Part shown: positions 1 to 12,065 of the stretch, one piece after another | How the letters are laid out: the number at the start of each line of letters is the position of its first letter | Numbering within the stretch: the first letter of the stretch is position 1 | Assembly (NCBI GenBank): GCA_035221665.1 | Contig: CM069141.1 | Location: 29,946,001 to 30,010,000, forward strand | Direction of reading: 5' to 3' | From: Okamejei kenojei | Lineage: Eukaryota | Length of the DNA stretch: 64,000 nt | The notes under the pieces: model-generated | What the model saw: the letters and a program-made list of their open reading frames with translations, nothing else | The model's database searches: none | Told to the model about the DNA's origin: nothing | Translations under genes and position numbers: made by a program

Positions 1-770
1 CCGATATTATCACCACCTCTAACGGGATCCCACTACTAGCCCCATCTTCCCATCTCCACTACTTTCCGCTTTCCGCAGAGACTGTTCCCTCGGCAACTCC
101 CTGGTTAACTTGTCCCTTCCCACCCAAACCACCTCCTCCCCGGGTACTTTCCCCAGCAACCGCAGGAGATGCAACACATGTCCCTATACCACCCCCCTCG
201 ACTCCATCCAAGGACCCAACAGTCTTTCCAGGTTAGGCAGAGGTTCACTCGCACCTCCTCCAACCTCATCTGCTGTATCCGCTGTTCCAGGTGTGAACTC
301 CTGTATATCGGCGAGGCCAAACGCAGGCTCGGTGAACTTTTCACTGAACACCCCCGGTCTGTCAACCTAAACCTACCTGATCTCCCGTTTGCTCAACACT
401 TTAACTCCACGTCCCATTCCCACACTGATCTTTCTGTCCTACGCCTCCTCCATTGTCAGAGTGAGGCCCAGTGCAAATTGGAGGCACAGCACCTCATATT
501 TTGCTTGGGTAGCTTATACCCCAGCGGTATGAACATTGACTTCTCTAACTTCGAGTAAGTCCTTGCTTTCCCTCTCTCTTTCCATCCCCTCCCCCTTCCC
601 AGTTCTCCGACCAGTCTTACCGTCTTCGACTACATTTTATCTCTGTGCCGCCCACTCCCCTAACATCAGTCTGAAGAAGGTTTTCGCCCTGAAACGTCAT
701 CCATTCCTTCTCTCCAGAGATGCTGCCTGTCCTGCTGAGTTACTCCAGCACTTTGTGTCCATCTTCGATG
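1..770 (+). mobile_element. Penelope-like retroelement 3' part: GIY-YIG endonuclease remnant plus pseudo-LTR
   Basis: ORF 169-558 reads ...FTRTSSNLICCIRCSRCELLYIGEAKRRLGELFTEH...HFNSTSH...LGSLYPSGMN, a PLE GIY-YIG domain, frameshifted relative to the upstream CNTC motif. It is followed by CTGAAGA...GAAACGTC (671-698) and the GATGCTGCCTGTCC/GAGTTACTCCAGCA block repeated across the window. Confidence 0.85.
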
Positions 771-937
771 CCCTGTGATATTTGGCTGATATAAATGGCT
801 GCGTTTGATAAGCTAGGACAGAAGCAAATGGTGGCATTGTAACAGAATCCCAACTAAGAACAGATAATGATAATTTATTTCTTTGATCACTTAAAAAATA
901 ATTACATTAACAATTTGTCCTATTATAGAGAATATTG

Positions 938-1191
938 TTTTTTTTGTAAGATATTTTTATTAGAAGTAATTACATATTAAGAAGAAATATAAAATCCAAT
1001 TAAAGCAAAATAAAATATTAATGTCACATACATTCTTAATATTTTTAAAATTAACTATCAATCTTATTTGTACTTCTATAATTTTACTTTTTTATTTTAT
1101 AGCAGTAGGAAATAAAAAAGGGAAAAAGAAAAGAAAAAAAAATGAGAGATAAACTAATTGAGTGGAGTATTAAACAAGATATTCTTCAATG
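938..1191 (-). mobile_element. Short poly(A)-tailed retroposed insert (probable L1/Tx1-type 3' UTR)
   Basis: Minus-strand AATAAA and poly(A) (T-run 938-946); 10-bp TSD GAGAATATTG at 928-937 and 1192-1201. Confidence 0.7.
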
Positions 1192-2444
1192 GAGAATATT
1201 GGTGCAATTATAACTGCATGCTCTCAGTTTGTCACCATTTTATCCATCTGTTATTACTGTTCAAAAATCAAACCAAAACTACAGAGACTGGAAATTTGAA
1301 ATGAAAACAGAAAATTCTAGAAACACTCAGGCAGCATCTGTGGAGGAAAAATAATTATTTTGCAAACCGAAGACCTTTTAAATGGATGAATGTTTCCAAC
1401 ATTTTCTGATTTTATTATTAAGTTAGTACTACTTCATTGAATTTATTTGTATCCAGTCATGCACTTTAATGGAATAATGTTTGTATCCACCCATACAATT
1501 ATATTTTCTAATTTGTGACGTAGCCTGACTCTTACACAAGAAATGTGAGAATTTAATTAAAGCCCTGCTCACACAACTGGGCAAATTTGGAGCTTTGAAA
1601 CAATTGTGTGCATTTTATTAGTTGATTGTTAATTGCAAACAAAAACAAGCTTTGTCACAAGTCTTATTATGAAAGAAATTTAACATCCAAAATAACTGAA
1701 ACTCCAGGATGCTTTTGATCGTGGTCCAATTTATAGTTATGTCTTTAATATGTTAATAACATAGCAAATTCCTATTTATAAGAACCTGCAATTTTTTTTA
1801 AACCAGTGGAATTATTCCTTTAACACACTGTACATCTGAAATCTATGACATCTAATTGTCGTTCCATGTTTTTTTTTTATATCTCTTACATTTAGATTTA
1901 CTCATCATTGCTACAATGGAATGATGGTACGTGTTCATTAAGAATGACTCAGATGAATCAAATTTAGCCAGCTATTGTGATTTCTTTGGTGTTCGCAAGG
2001 GGATTCAAGATAAATTAACTTAAGATTTGTTAAAACTGAAACTCTACCATTATTTGCTATGTAAAATATAGCAACTTAATGATTCACAAGCTGATTCATC
2101 TTTCTGATACGTTAAGGAAACAACTTGCCAGAGGTTTAGAGAATACTGTACAGTAGTGCAATCTAAAAAAACACAATCACAATCACTCACTTCCCTTTTG
2201 TTTTATTACACCACCTCTCTCCAACTTTCTTTCCAACTTTTCCCAACTCTGATAAAAGATCAATAAACTGGTACTTAAATTTGTTTTCTCAGTCCACAGA
2301 TGCTCCCTGACGTGTTGAGTATTTGTGACATTTTCTTTTTTAATTTGGGATCAAATTTATTCAGTATTAAAGCCAAAGTTGTTTTGATTTCATTGCCTAC
2401 ATCATCAATGCGCATTGACAGAAATCGGTTTCATACCAGGCTTT

Positions 2445-3020
2445 GTATTGTCACGTCAAGAATGTTTTATTGTCATATGTCCCAGACAGAACAATGATAT
2501 TCTTACTTGCAGCAGCACGACAGAATATATAGTATCTGTAAACAATACAATAAATGAAAAAAAAAATCAGACCTTATTTGGAGGTTGTAGTGTTTAATAG
2601 CCTGACAGCTGGAGGGAAGAACATGTTCCTGAACCTGGACATTACAGTTTTCAGGCTCTTCTTCCCAATGTCTTCTTCCCAATGGCAGGAGTGAAATGAG
2701 TATGTGGCCAAGGTGGTGTGATTATTGGTGTGGGTTTACTGATTATGCTAGTTGCCTTTTTTCAGGCAGCAACTCCTGTAAATCCCTTCGATGGTGGGGA
2801 GGTCAGTACCCATAATGGACTGGGCAGTATTCACCACTTTTTGTACTCTTATTTGTTCCTGGGCATTCGAGTTGTTGGATCAGGCTGTGATGCAACCAGT
2901 CACTATGCTCTCTACTGTATTCCTAAAGAATAAAGAATCCTCTCTGACGTACTGAATCTCCGCAATCTTATCAGGAAATGGAGGCTTTGATGGGCTGTCT
3001 TTATAATTGCATCAGTGTGC
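2445..3020 (-). mobile_element. Degraded Rex1/Babar-type LINE 3' end
   Basis: The TTTATTGTC...CTTACTTGCAGCAGCAC tail and GGGAAGAA..TGTTCCTGAACCTG motif resemble the 3' ends of the other Rex1-type copies here. Confidence 0.55.
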
Positions 3021-3024
3021 AACT

Positions 3025-3425
3025 AAAGCATGGTTTTGTTCATGGGAGGTCATGTCTCACGAATTTCATTGAATTTTTTGAGCATGTGACCAAAGAGATT
3101 GATGAAGGCAGAGCTGTAGAATTTGCATACGGATTTCAGTAAGGCATTCGACAAGGTTTTGCATGGTAGACTGCTCTGGAAGGTTAGATCCCAAGGCCTA
3201 AGGAATCCAAAGGCCCAAGGAATCCAAAGGCCTTTACGCTAATTACATCCTGAACAAGAGAGTGGTCAATGTTTAAGCTCCCCTCACACCCTGAAAAACC
3301 TTCTGTGGATAGCATGGATAGGGAAGGTTTGGAGGGATACGGGCCAGGCATGAAAAAATGAGACTACCTTAGATGGGGCACTTTGGTTGGCATGGACACG
3401 TTGGGCAGAAGACCTTTTTCTCCAT
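3025..3425 (+). mobile_element. CR1 LINE fragment (RT piece plus 3' tail)
   Basis: Encodes GRSCLTNFIEFFE...DFSKAFDKV-like sequence with frameshifts. Confidence 0.65.
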
Positions 3426-4099
3426 GTTCAATGTTTCAATTATAAGATAATGCATGTTAAAGGTGAGGCTGAGAAGGCAGGAGAATGAGTAGCATTGATG
3501 CGCAAAAGGGCCGAGATGTGTTTATCCACAGTCTCTGAAGGCTAATATACCGGTGCAACAAGCCACAAGGAGGGCAAATGATATGTTAGCCTTTAATATA
3601 TGAGGGCGTGATTACAGAAGTCTTATTGCAGTTGAAGGACATGCAAAGGGTGGATGTGTTCTGGGGTCTGCATTTCACATTCTTTTTACACACTTTGTTT
3701 GTATCCACACCCTCAAACTGTTCCCATGAACCTTTCAACCTGATGATACCAACAACCTACCCCTGCCTCACGTTTCATAGGTATTCACTTTGTCCTCACT
3801 GTCCACTCTTCAACTTAAAAGTAGATTGTTTTCACTGTTTCCCAGTTCATAGGAAGGGACTTAGACTTGAAATGTTGACTTTGTTCATTATGCATTGATG
3901 TAGTCCCAAACCAGCCACCCTCCCATTGCAGACATTGGATTTTTTTCTCTGGAACTGTAATGCTATCAAGCTGAAAAATATATTCTGTGCTAAAGTATTG
4001 TTCTCTTTGCTCTACCTGTTGTGCTTGTATATAGCGTGATTGCCAATCATGTGCAGCATTAACTGATTTAATTGGGTAGCATGCAAACAAAAGCTTATA

Positions 4100-5815
4100 C
4101 AATAGACAATAGACAATAGTGCAGGAGTAGGCCATTCAACCCTTCGAGCCAGCACCACCATTCAATGTGATCATGGCGGATCATTCACAATCAGTATCCC
4201 GTCCCTGCCTTCTCCCCATATTCCCTGACCGCTATCTTTAAGGGCCCTATCTAGCTCTCTCTTGAAAGTATCCAGAGAACCAGCCTCCACCGCCCTCTGA
4301 GGCAGAGAATTCCACAGACTCACAACTCTCTGTGTGAAAAAGTGTTTCCTCATTTTGGTTCTAAATCCCCTCTCATCCTTCTCAATTCCAGTGAAGCCCA
4401 GTCTTTCCAATCTTTCTTCATATGACAGTCCCACCATCCTGGGAATTGACCTTGTGAACCTTCGCTGCACTCCCTCAATAGCAAGAACGTTCTTCCTCAA
4501 TTTTGGGGACCAAAACTGTACACAATACTCCAGGTGTGGTCTCACTAGGGCCCTATACAACTGCAGAAGGACCTCTTTGCTCCTATACTCAACTCCTCTC
4601 GTTATGAAGGCCAACATGCCATTCGCTTTCTTCACTGCCTGCTATACCTGCATGCTTACTTTCAGTGACTCATGAGCAAGCACCCCCAGATCCCATTGTA
4701 ACTCCCCTTTTCCTAACTTGACACCATTCAGATAATAATCTGCCTTCCGGTATTTGCTCCCAAAGTGGATAACCTCACATTTATCCACATTAAACTGCAT
4801 CTGCCATGTATCTGCCCACTCACCCAACCTGTTCAAGTCACCCTTCATTCTCATAGCATCTTCCTCACAGTTCACACTGCCACCCAGCTTGTGTCATCTG
4901 CAAATTTGCTAATGTTACTTTGAATCCCTTCATCTAAATCATTGATGTATATTGTAAATAGCTACAATCCCAGCACCGAGCCATGCGGTCCCCACTAGTC
5001 ACTGCCTGCCATTCTGAAAGGCACTTATTAATCCCTACTCTTTGTTTCCTGTCTGCCAACCAATTTTCTATCCATGTCAACACTCTATCCCCAATACAAT
5101 GTGCCCTAATTTTGCCAACTAATCTCCTATGTGGGACCTTTTCAAATGCTTTCTGAAAGTCCAGGTACACTACATCCACTGGCTCTCCTCTGTCCATTTT
5201 CCTAGTTACATCCTCAAAAAATTCCAGAAGATTAGGCAAGCATGATTTCCCCTTCGTAAATCCATGCTGAATCAGACCGATCCAGTTACCGCTATCCAAA
5301 TGTGCCGCTACTTCATCTTTTATAATTGACTCGGGCATCTTCCCACCACCGATGTCAGGCTAACTGGTCTATAATTCCCTGTTTTCTCTCTCCTGCCTTT
5401 CTTAAAGAGTGGGATAACATTAGCTACCTTCCAATCCACAGGAATTGATCCTGAATCTATAGAACATTGGAAAATGATCACCAATGCATCCACAATTTCT
5501 AGAGCCACTTCCTTAAGTACCCTGGGATGCAGACCATCAGGCCCTAGGGATTTATCAGCCTTCAATCCCATCAGTCTACCCAACACCATTTCCTGCCTAA
5601 TGTGGATTTCCTTCATTTCCTCCGTCAACCCAGATCCTCTGGCCACTAGTACATCAGGAAGATTGTTTGTGTCCTCCTTAGTGAAGACGGACCCAAAGTA
5701 CCTGTTCAACTCATCTGCCATTTCCTTGTTCCCCATAATAAATTCACACTTTTCAGTCTTCAAGGGTCCAACTTTGGTCTTAACTATTTTTTTTTCCTCT
5801 TTACATACGTAAAGA
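4100..5815 (-). mobile_element. CR1 LINE (HER1-like), 5'-truncated, frameshifted ORF2
   Basis: ORFs 5320-5763 ([21 protein letters not shown]), 4934-5338 (QHGF, LDFQKAF), 4642-4875 and 4171-4635 (RPHLEYCVQFWSP); (AATAGAC)n tail near 4100; internal deletion near 4365. Confidence 0.93.
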
Positions 5816-5873
5816 ATTATTCACTGTATCTTGATACATGTATTGGTTTACAAGCTATTACTAATACCAGGCT

Positions 5874-6030
5874 AGACACAAAATGCTGGAGTAACTCAGT
5901 GGGACAAGCAGCATCCCTCGATAGAAGGAATCTATTTGTTCTATCCAGAGCTGCTGTTTGTCCTGCTGAGTTACTCCAGCATTTTGTGTCTATCTTCGGT
6001 GTAAACCAGCTTCTGCAGTTTCTTCCTACA
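5874..6030. mobile_element. PLE pseudo-LTR fold-back (inverted pair, hammerhead core deleted)
   Basis: AGACACAAAATGCTGGAGTAACTCAG...CTGAGTTACTCCAGCATTTTGTGTCT inverted arms. Confidence 0.8.
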
Positions 6031-6254
6031 CTAATACCAGCAGGACATACTGAGCACTTCCAGTGTTTTCTGTGATTTATTCTAAGATTGATTGAGGAGA
6101 AGGACATAAGATTAAAGTAAATTAGGCTTGCTCCAACTTTTATTCACTGTATTTATAACAATCCTTATCTCACCAATGTGTTAATCAGCCCACCTGCTGG
6201 AAGATTCAAGAAGTGCACTCAAGACCACATACAAAGAGGACTCAAAATTACAAG

Positions 6255-6412
6255 TGTAAGAAGGAAGTGCAGATGCTGGTTTAAACCAGTTAGACACAAA
6301 AAGCTGGGGTAACTCAGCGGGTCAGGCAGAATCATTAGAGAAAAGGAATAGGTGACATTTCAGGTCGAGACTCTTCTTCAGTCTGAACATGAGTCTCGAC
6401 CCGAAATGTCAC
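6255..6412. mobile_element. PLE pseudo-LTR with partial inverted copy
   Basis: GTGACATTTCAGGTCGAGACTC...GAGTCTCGACCCGAAATGTCAC palindrome at the end of a pLTR block. Confidence 0.7.
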
Positions 6413-6926
6413 TTAAGATTAGAAACTGTTCACATAGGATTTTATTTTTTAATGTGTTACTCAATATAAAATTGATGTACTCACAAGAAGAATATATTGA
6501 TTTACTCACAAGAAGACCACGTTGCACAAATTGTGAGATTGGCCCAGGCCCTTCGGGTTCTGATCCATGTTTGCACCCTAATCTTCTATCTACATTAATG
6601 TCTCTGGTAGTGCCAATGCATTTCTGACAAAACCCATGCATGCTAGAGCTCAAAGCATCCGACAGTGTACATCACAGAACAGTGTCAGTAGAGCAAGGAG
6701 CATCTTTGCACAGTTCTCTCTCGCTTTGCTATTTACAGGGAAACACTGCTGACATCAAGCGACCTGATTGAACAGCCTCATAATTAATTGCTCATAACCT
6801 TCCAATGTCCTCAGAGCTACAGTGTATTCTACAACTAACAGGGAGTCTCAATATTCTGGTACTTACCAGGTTCATTCAACAGATGACCAATGTCATCATT
6901 AATGTCAAACCTCTCAGGAAATCGTG

Positions 6927-7110
6927 GCATGATTTCCCCATCATAAATCCAGGCTGACTCGGACTGATCCTGTTACTGCTGTGTGTCGCTACTTCATCTT
7001 TTATAATCGACTCCAGCATCTTCCCACCACCGATGTCAGGCTAACTGGTCTATAATTCCCTGTTTTCTCCCGCCTGCCTTTCTTAAAAAGTGGGATAACA
7101 TTAGCTACCC
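6927..7110 (-). mobile_element. CR1 RT fragment
   Basis: ORF 7001-7237 contains [29 protein letters not shown]. Confidence 0.8.
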
Positions 7111-7137
7111 ATAGGTGAAAAGATATGCTGTAATAAA

Positions 7138-7345
7138 AATGAACTGCAGATGCTGGTTTATACCAAAGAAAGGCACAAAATGCTAAAGTAGCCCAGAGAG
7201 TCAGGTAGCATCTCTGGAAAAAATGTATAGGTGACATTTCGGATCGGGACCCTTACTACATTCCGGCCCGAAAACGTCATCTATCAATTATCTCCAGAGA
7301 TGCTGCCAGACCTTTTGCGTTACTCCAGCATTTTGTGTCCATCTT
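7138..7345. mobile_element. PLE pseudo-LTR fold-back
   Basis: GAACTGCAGATGCTGG...GCATCTCTGGA followed by the inverted TCCAGAGATGC...TTACTCCAGCATTTTGTGTC. Confidence 0.75.
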
Positions 7346-7837
7346 TGGAAATGATATGCCTATCTGTGAAGAACCAATTCCAAGAGAGTTTTCAATGACA
7401 CTTCATTCTGCCTGGATCAATCTGAATTGTATTCACAAGCTTCTCAAGGCTGCCATCACCAAGATATGAGAAAGTTTCCAGTGAGGCCTTTGGTCCTACT
7501 CTCACTACCAGATAGTGCCCTCTGTTGTTCTTAACTTCGCCAGCCACTGGATAATTCCAGACAGTAAAGGATGATCTATCATTTTTCTCACCTGACTGCT
7601 TACCACAGCAGGAGAGAAATTAACCAAGGTTCTCGATTCATGTTGTTATCAGCAAGGAGAGAACAACATTTTGGACATTGGCATCTTACAACATCACTGG
7701 GACCCTATGAGGACAGGCAGCCATTGACTGTACCTATGTGCCCATAAGGGCTCAAATAACCTGCATTATTTCATCAACAGACATGGTTCCCACTTTCTGG
7801 TTTGCTCATCCCAAGGGAACCTGCAATGTGAGTAATA

Positions 7838-8205
7838 CAATGGTGCACCTAGTAGAGATGCTACCTCACAACGCAAGAGACCCAGGTTCAATTCTGACCT
7901 TGGCTGTGATCTGTGTGGAGTTAGTGCATTCTCCCTGTGACCATGTGACCCATAGGTTTTCAAAGTGTGTTCTGGTTTCATCACACATTCCAAAGATGTG
8001 AATGATAATTGACCACTGTAACTGGTCCCTCATATGTAGGCCAGTCATAGAATCTTGGCAGGGGGTTGTTGTTGGTGAGAATATGGGGAGAATATAAATA
8101 ATCCTACATCAATCCTAATTAATTTAGGATCCGTGTAAATGGGTGGTTGATCGTCGGTGCAAACTTGGTGGACCAATGGACTTCTCTCCATATTCTATTT
8201 CTCTC
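7838..8205 (+). mobile_element. tRNA-derived SINE (HE1/V-SINE-like), degraded
   Basis: A/B-box-like head (TGGTGCACCTAGTAGAG...GGTTCAATTC) and V-domain GTGTGGAGTTAGTGCATTCTCCCTGTGACC. Confidence 0.7.
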
Positions 8206-8469
8206 TGGGTCTATGATACTCTGTGAGTCCAACATTGCTCTGAGGGGTGGATCTTTGGGGGAATAACACTACCTTCTACTTCAGTGGCTTCTTATACCAT
8301 CTTGGATACTGAACATACCCAATGAGCATTTAAACAGCAAACGCCAACAGACTACTAGGGCAGTAGTGGTAGCCACCATCAGTCTCATCAAATTAAAATG
8401 TTGTTGCCTGCCAGAAATGGGGGAGCAGGAAGTCTAGAGTAGACATCAGGCATTGAATTTTTTTTCTTA

Positions 8470-9017
8470 CTGGGGAGATGATTTAAAAATCGCTGGTGCA
8501 ATGGGACTTGGGAATGCCGGTGCAAGATTCCCAAAATGTTAATTTGAGTCAACATTAAGGAAGGCAAATGCAATGTTAGCATTCATTTTGAGAGGTCTAG
8601 AATATAAAAAGCAAGAATGCAATGGGGTTTAGAAGGATGAGGGGTATCTCATTAAAACCTACCAAATAATGAAAGGCCTCGATAGAGTGGATGTGCAGAG
8701 GATGTTTCCACTAGTGGGAGAGTCTAGGACCAGAGGCCACAGGCGCAGAATTAAAGGGCTTACCTTCAAAATACAGATGAGGAGGAATTTATCTCACCAG
8801 AGAGTGGTGAATTTGTGGAATTCATTGCTACATACAGTTGTGGAGCCCAAATCATTGGGTATGTTTAAAACGGAGGTTGATAGGTTCTTGATTTGTAATG
8901 TTGTCAAAGATTATGGGAAGGAGAATAGGATTGAGGAGGAAAAATAGATCAACCATGATCAAATGGTGGAGTAGACTCGATGGGCCGAGTGGTCTAATTC
9001 TGCTCCTAAGTCTTATG
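8470..9017 (+). mobile_element. CR1 LINE 3' fragment
   Basis: ORF 8669-8947 KGLDRVD...SRTRGH...QRVVNLWNSL followed by the CR1 3' UTR. Confidence 0.85.
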
Positions 9018-9439
9018 TACAAATAGATGTGGAAGCTTTCTCATAATTAGCTGCACAATATGCTACCTTGCAAACTGCAAACAGCAGCCAGAGGAAGATC
9101 AACACAGTGACCCAAAGCTGAAGGATCATGAGTCAGATCCTCAAACCATCAGTAGCAACATTAGCAAGAGTACCATGAAGGCTTCCAGGGGAACATCCTC
9201 ACTCGAGATCAATAGTCTCAATTCCTCATTGAGCGAGGCATTGTCCATAAGGACTACAAAGAAGTCTATCATTCGAGGATGCTTTTCATAAATCACCTGC
9301 TAAATCATAATCCCAAATTGTTAAGGGAGATGCCATGTGATGAACATTTCAAAGCAATAAGGTCTACATCAATTCAACAGTGAGTCATTCCCCCATGACA
9401 CTCAAAATGAAATACATTTTAAGATATTTTACCAATTGA

Positions 9440-9676
9440 AGGGCCTGTCCCACTTTCACGACCTAATTCACGACCATTTTTACTCGTGGATATTTTTCAT
9501 CCTGCTAGAAAAACGCCCCAACCTACTTGATACCACGAGTACCTACGACTAGCAGCACGGCCTGCTACGACCTACCTATGGCCTCCTACAACCTTGTGAC
9601 GACCATGCTGCGAGTATGAGTCAAGAGCAAACTCGGCAGAGGTCGTGAATTAGGTCGTGAAAGTGGGACAGGCCCA
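9440..9676. mobile_element. Harbinger/PIF-type MITE
   Basis: About 36-bp TIRs GGGCCTGTCCCACTTTCACGACCTAATTCACGACC / GGTCGTGAATTAGGTCGTGAAAGTGGGACAGGCCC; 3-bp TSD TGA (9437-9439, 9677-9679). Confidence 0.85.
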
Positions 9677-10215
9677 TGACCATTTCAAGGGTCAAAAAAA
9701 GGCAAACTGATAAATTCTCAATGGGAAATGAATCATGCTTCAATCTGTTGCAACTGAATGAAATCAATGTAATTTCACATTATGATTACTTTATTTTCTG
9801 TCAAAGAGCATTTGGCCTGAAACGTTACCTGTTTAGCTATCCACTATTATTTCCTTACTTGCTATTTCAGATGGCAACCTGTTTTTATTTCAGAATGCCA
9901 GCATCTGCCATTTTTGATTTTCATTCTATGCCTCACATTTTCCTGCACAAGTCCTGTCCCCTACATTTTCTCCTCTGCTGCTGAAGCTTTCAATCTTTGC
10001 ACACAAGTATGTCTTGAAGGAGGGAAAAGACAGAGCTCATTTCATCTTGCAACAGGATTGTGCAGGTATTTTTCAGCCTCACTTAGGAGTCCCAGCCTCA
10101 GATATTGCCAAGTTAGTTGTTGCAGGGGCAGGGAAGAGGGCGTGAAGAATCATGAGATTGGAATCAACTTCACGCAGTAGCTGCAATAGAGATTAGTGGT
10201 CCACATGGATCAAAA

Positions 10216-10432
10216 TGTGTAGGAAGAAACCGCAGATGCTGGTTTATACCACAGATGGACAAAAATGCAGGAATAACTCAGCGGGCCATGCAGCATCTCT
10301 GGAGAAAAGGAATATGTGATGCTTCAAACTTGAGACTTCAGACTTCAGGGTCTAAACAAGGGCCCGAACCCAAAACGTCACCTATTCCTTGCTGCCTGAC
10401 CCATGACTTACTCCTATATTTTGTGTCTATCT
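10216..10432. mobile_element. PLE pseudo-LTR fold-back, degraded
   Basis: pLTR block followed by the inverted CCCAAAACGTCACCTATTCC...TTTTGTGTCTATCTT. Confidence 0.65.
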
Positions 10433-10796
10433 TCCACATGGATCAATGCTGGGACCACGGCATTTTTTGACTAATACAAATGACGTATTTTGAAATATGA
10501 AGCAAAATTTATGAATGATATTGAAGCTGGAAGATGATGAACAGGAAGGACGAAACAATCGATTGCCAATAAGACTTAGCTGAAGGAGCAATAAGGTTAG
10601 CTGAAGGAGCAGGCAAGTGGCAGGTAGAATATAGTATTACTGTGAAGTGATGATATTTGACATAAGGGATGGGGAGAGGAAACATGAAGTGCACCACACT
10701 GTACAATGCACAGATCAAAGACATCTTATGTACAAAATATTGAAGGTGGAAATTCACAAAGAAAGTGTAGTTAATGAAAGAATTTACAGCTTCAGA

Positions 10797-11097
10797 ATGT
10801 TTAAGAAAAAACTGCAGATGCTGGAAAAATCAAAGGTAGACAAAAAATGCTGGAGAAACTCAGCGGCTGAGGCAGCATCTATGGAGCGAAGGAATAGGTG
10901 ACGTTTCAGGTCGAGACCCTTCTTCAGACTGATGTGGGAATGGGGGGGCGGGAAGCGGAAGGAAGAGGCGGAGACAGTAGGCTGTGGGAGAGCTGGGAAG
11001 GGGAGGGGAAGGAGGGACAAAGCAAGGAAACCTGAAATTGGAGGTCAATGCTCACCTGCTGCCTCACCCGCAGTGTTCCTCCAGCATTTTTGTCTAT
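10797..11097. mobile_element. PLE pseudo-LTR (minus) with intact hammerhead-like core and inverted remnant
   Basis: Minus strand 10927-10900 reads CTGAAGAAGGGTCTCGACCTGAAACGTC; inverted arm CCTCCAGCATTTTTGTCTA near 11080. Confidence 0.8.
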
Positions 11098-12065
11098 AGC
11101 TTCACAATGGTAAGTTGTGAGCACAAAGCAGGAAAGGTGTGGTAATCCTTTATAGTGATCTAATTAGGCCACAATTAGACATATTTCATTCATTTCTGGT
11201 CAACATACAAAGGGAGGTTCTGAGGAAGCAGAGAGATCTTGAGAGGAGGAATGTTGGCCTTGTGCTCATGTTGGAGAAGCTGCAGTTGTCCTTAAGAGAT
11301 AAAAAGGGTAAGCAAAGATTTATTGAAGGTGTACATTCGGATAGCAGGGTATTCCCACTTACTGATGTTGCAAAGGTAACGTAAACAAGTTTTAAGGTTT
11401 AGGAAAGAAATAAATGGAGATTACAAGGAAAAGCTTTTCTGTGCAGTTAGAGGTAATAAGTAATAGGTCATAGGTGCAAGCACAGTAAGTGGATCATCGA
11501 CCCATCATGTCCATGCTAATCATATTGTCCATTAGGAACCTGGAACCTATTGCTAATGGGAGTGTGGAAGTCTAGATGGTCAATGATTTCAAATGGAAAC
11601 TGGACAAAAACCGTTTTCGGAAATTAACTTACAGGGATAGAGCAGGAGAGCGTGAGTGACTAGATCATTCTACAGAGTCAAATAGACAACTTCCATATTA
11701 TTATGTCTCTATGGTGTCAATCGAGTCACTTCACAATCATGTGCTCCACTGCACTGAAGCAATCATGTTTAATTGAAAGTCTCACTCAATACCCAGCGGC
11801 CTGGCTTCTCTCCAGCACATTAACATGAAGCATAACAGCAACAAGCTCCCGAGGTGAGACATCTCAATAAGCAGCTGTGATTTAAAGGTCGTCATTGTCC
11901 AGTTTGTGTCCCAAATGGCAATGTATCTGAACATCGTTATTTTTAATTCTCAAGACATTAACAAAGCAAAACACATAAGCAGAAAATGGTGACAATTTGA
12001 CTTTTAATTACGGATCCTACTCGTCTTTCCAATTTGAAAACTTTGTAGGCGGTGTTAATGTCCCG

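Noticed and set aside
6739-6790. Strong plus-strand acceptor TTCTCTCTCGCTTTGCTATTTACAG
   Set aside because: Stops follow quickly and there is no convincing donor or poly(A) signal.
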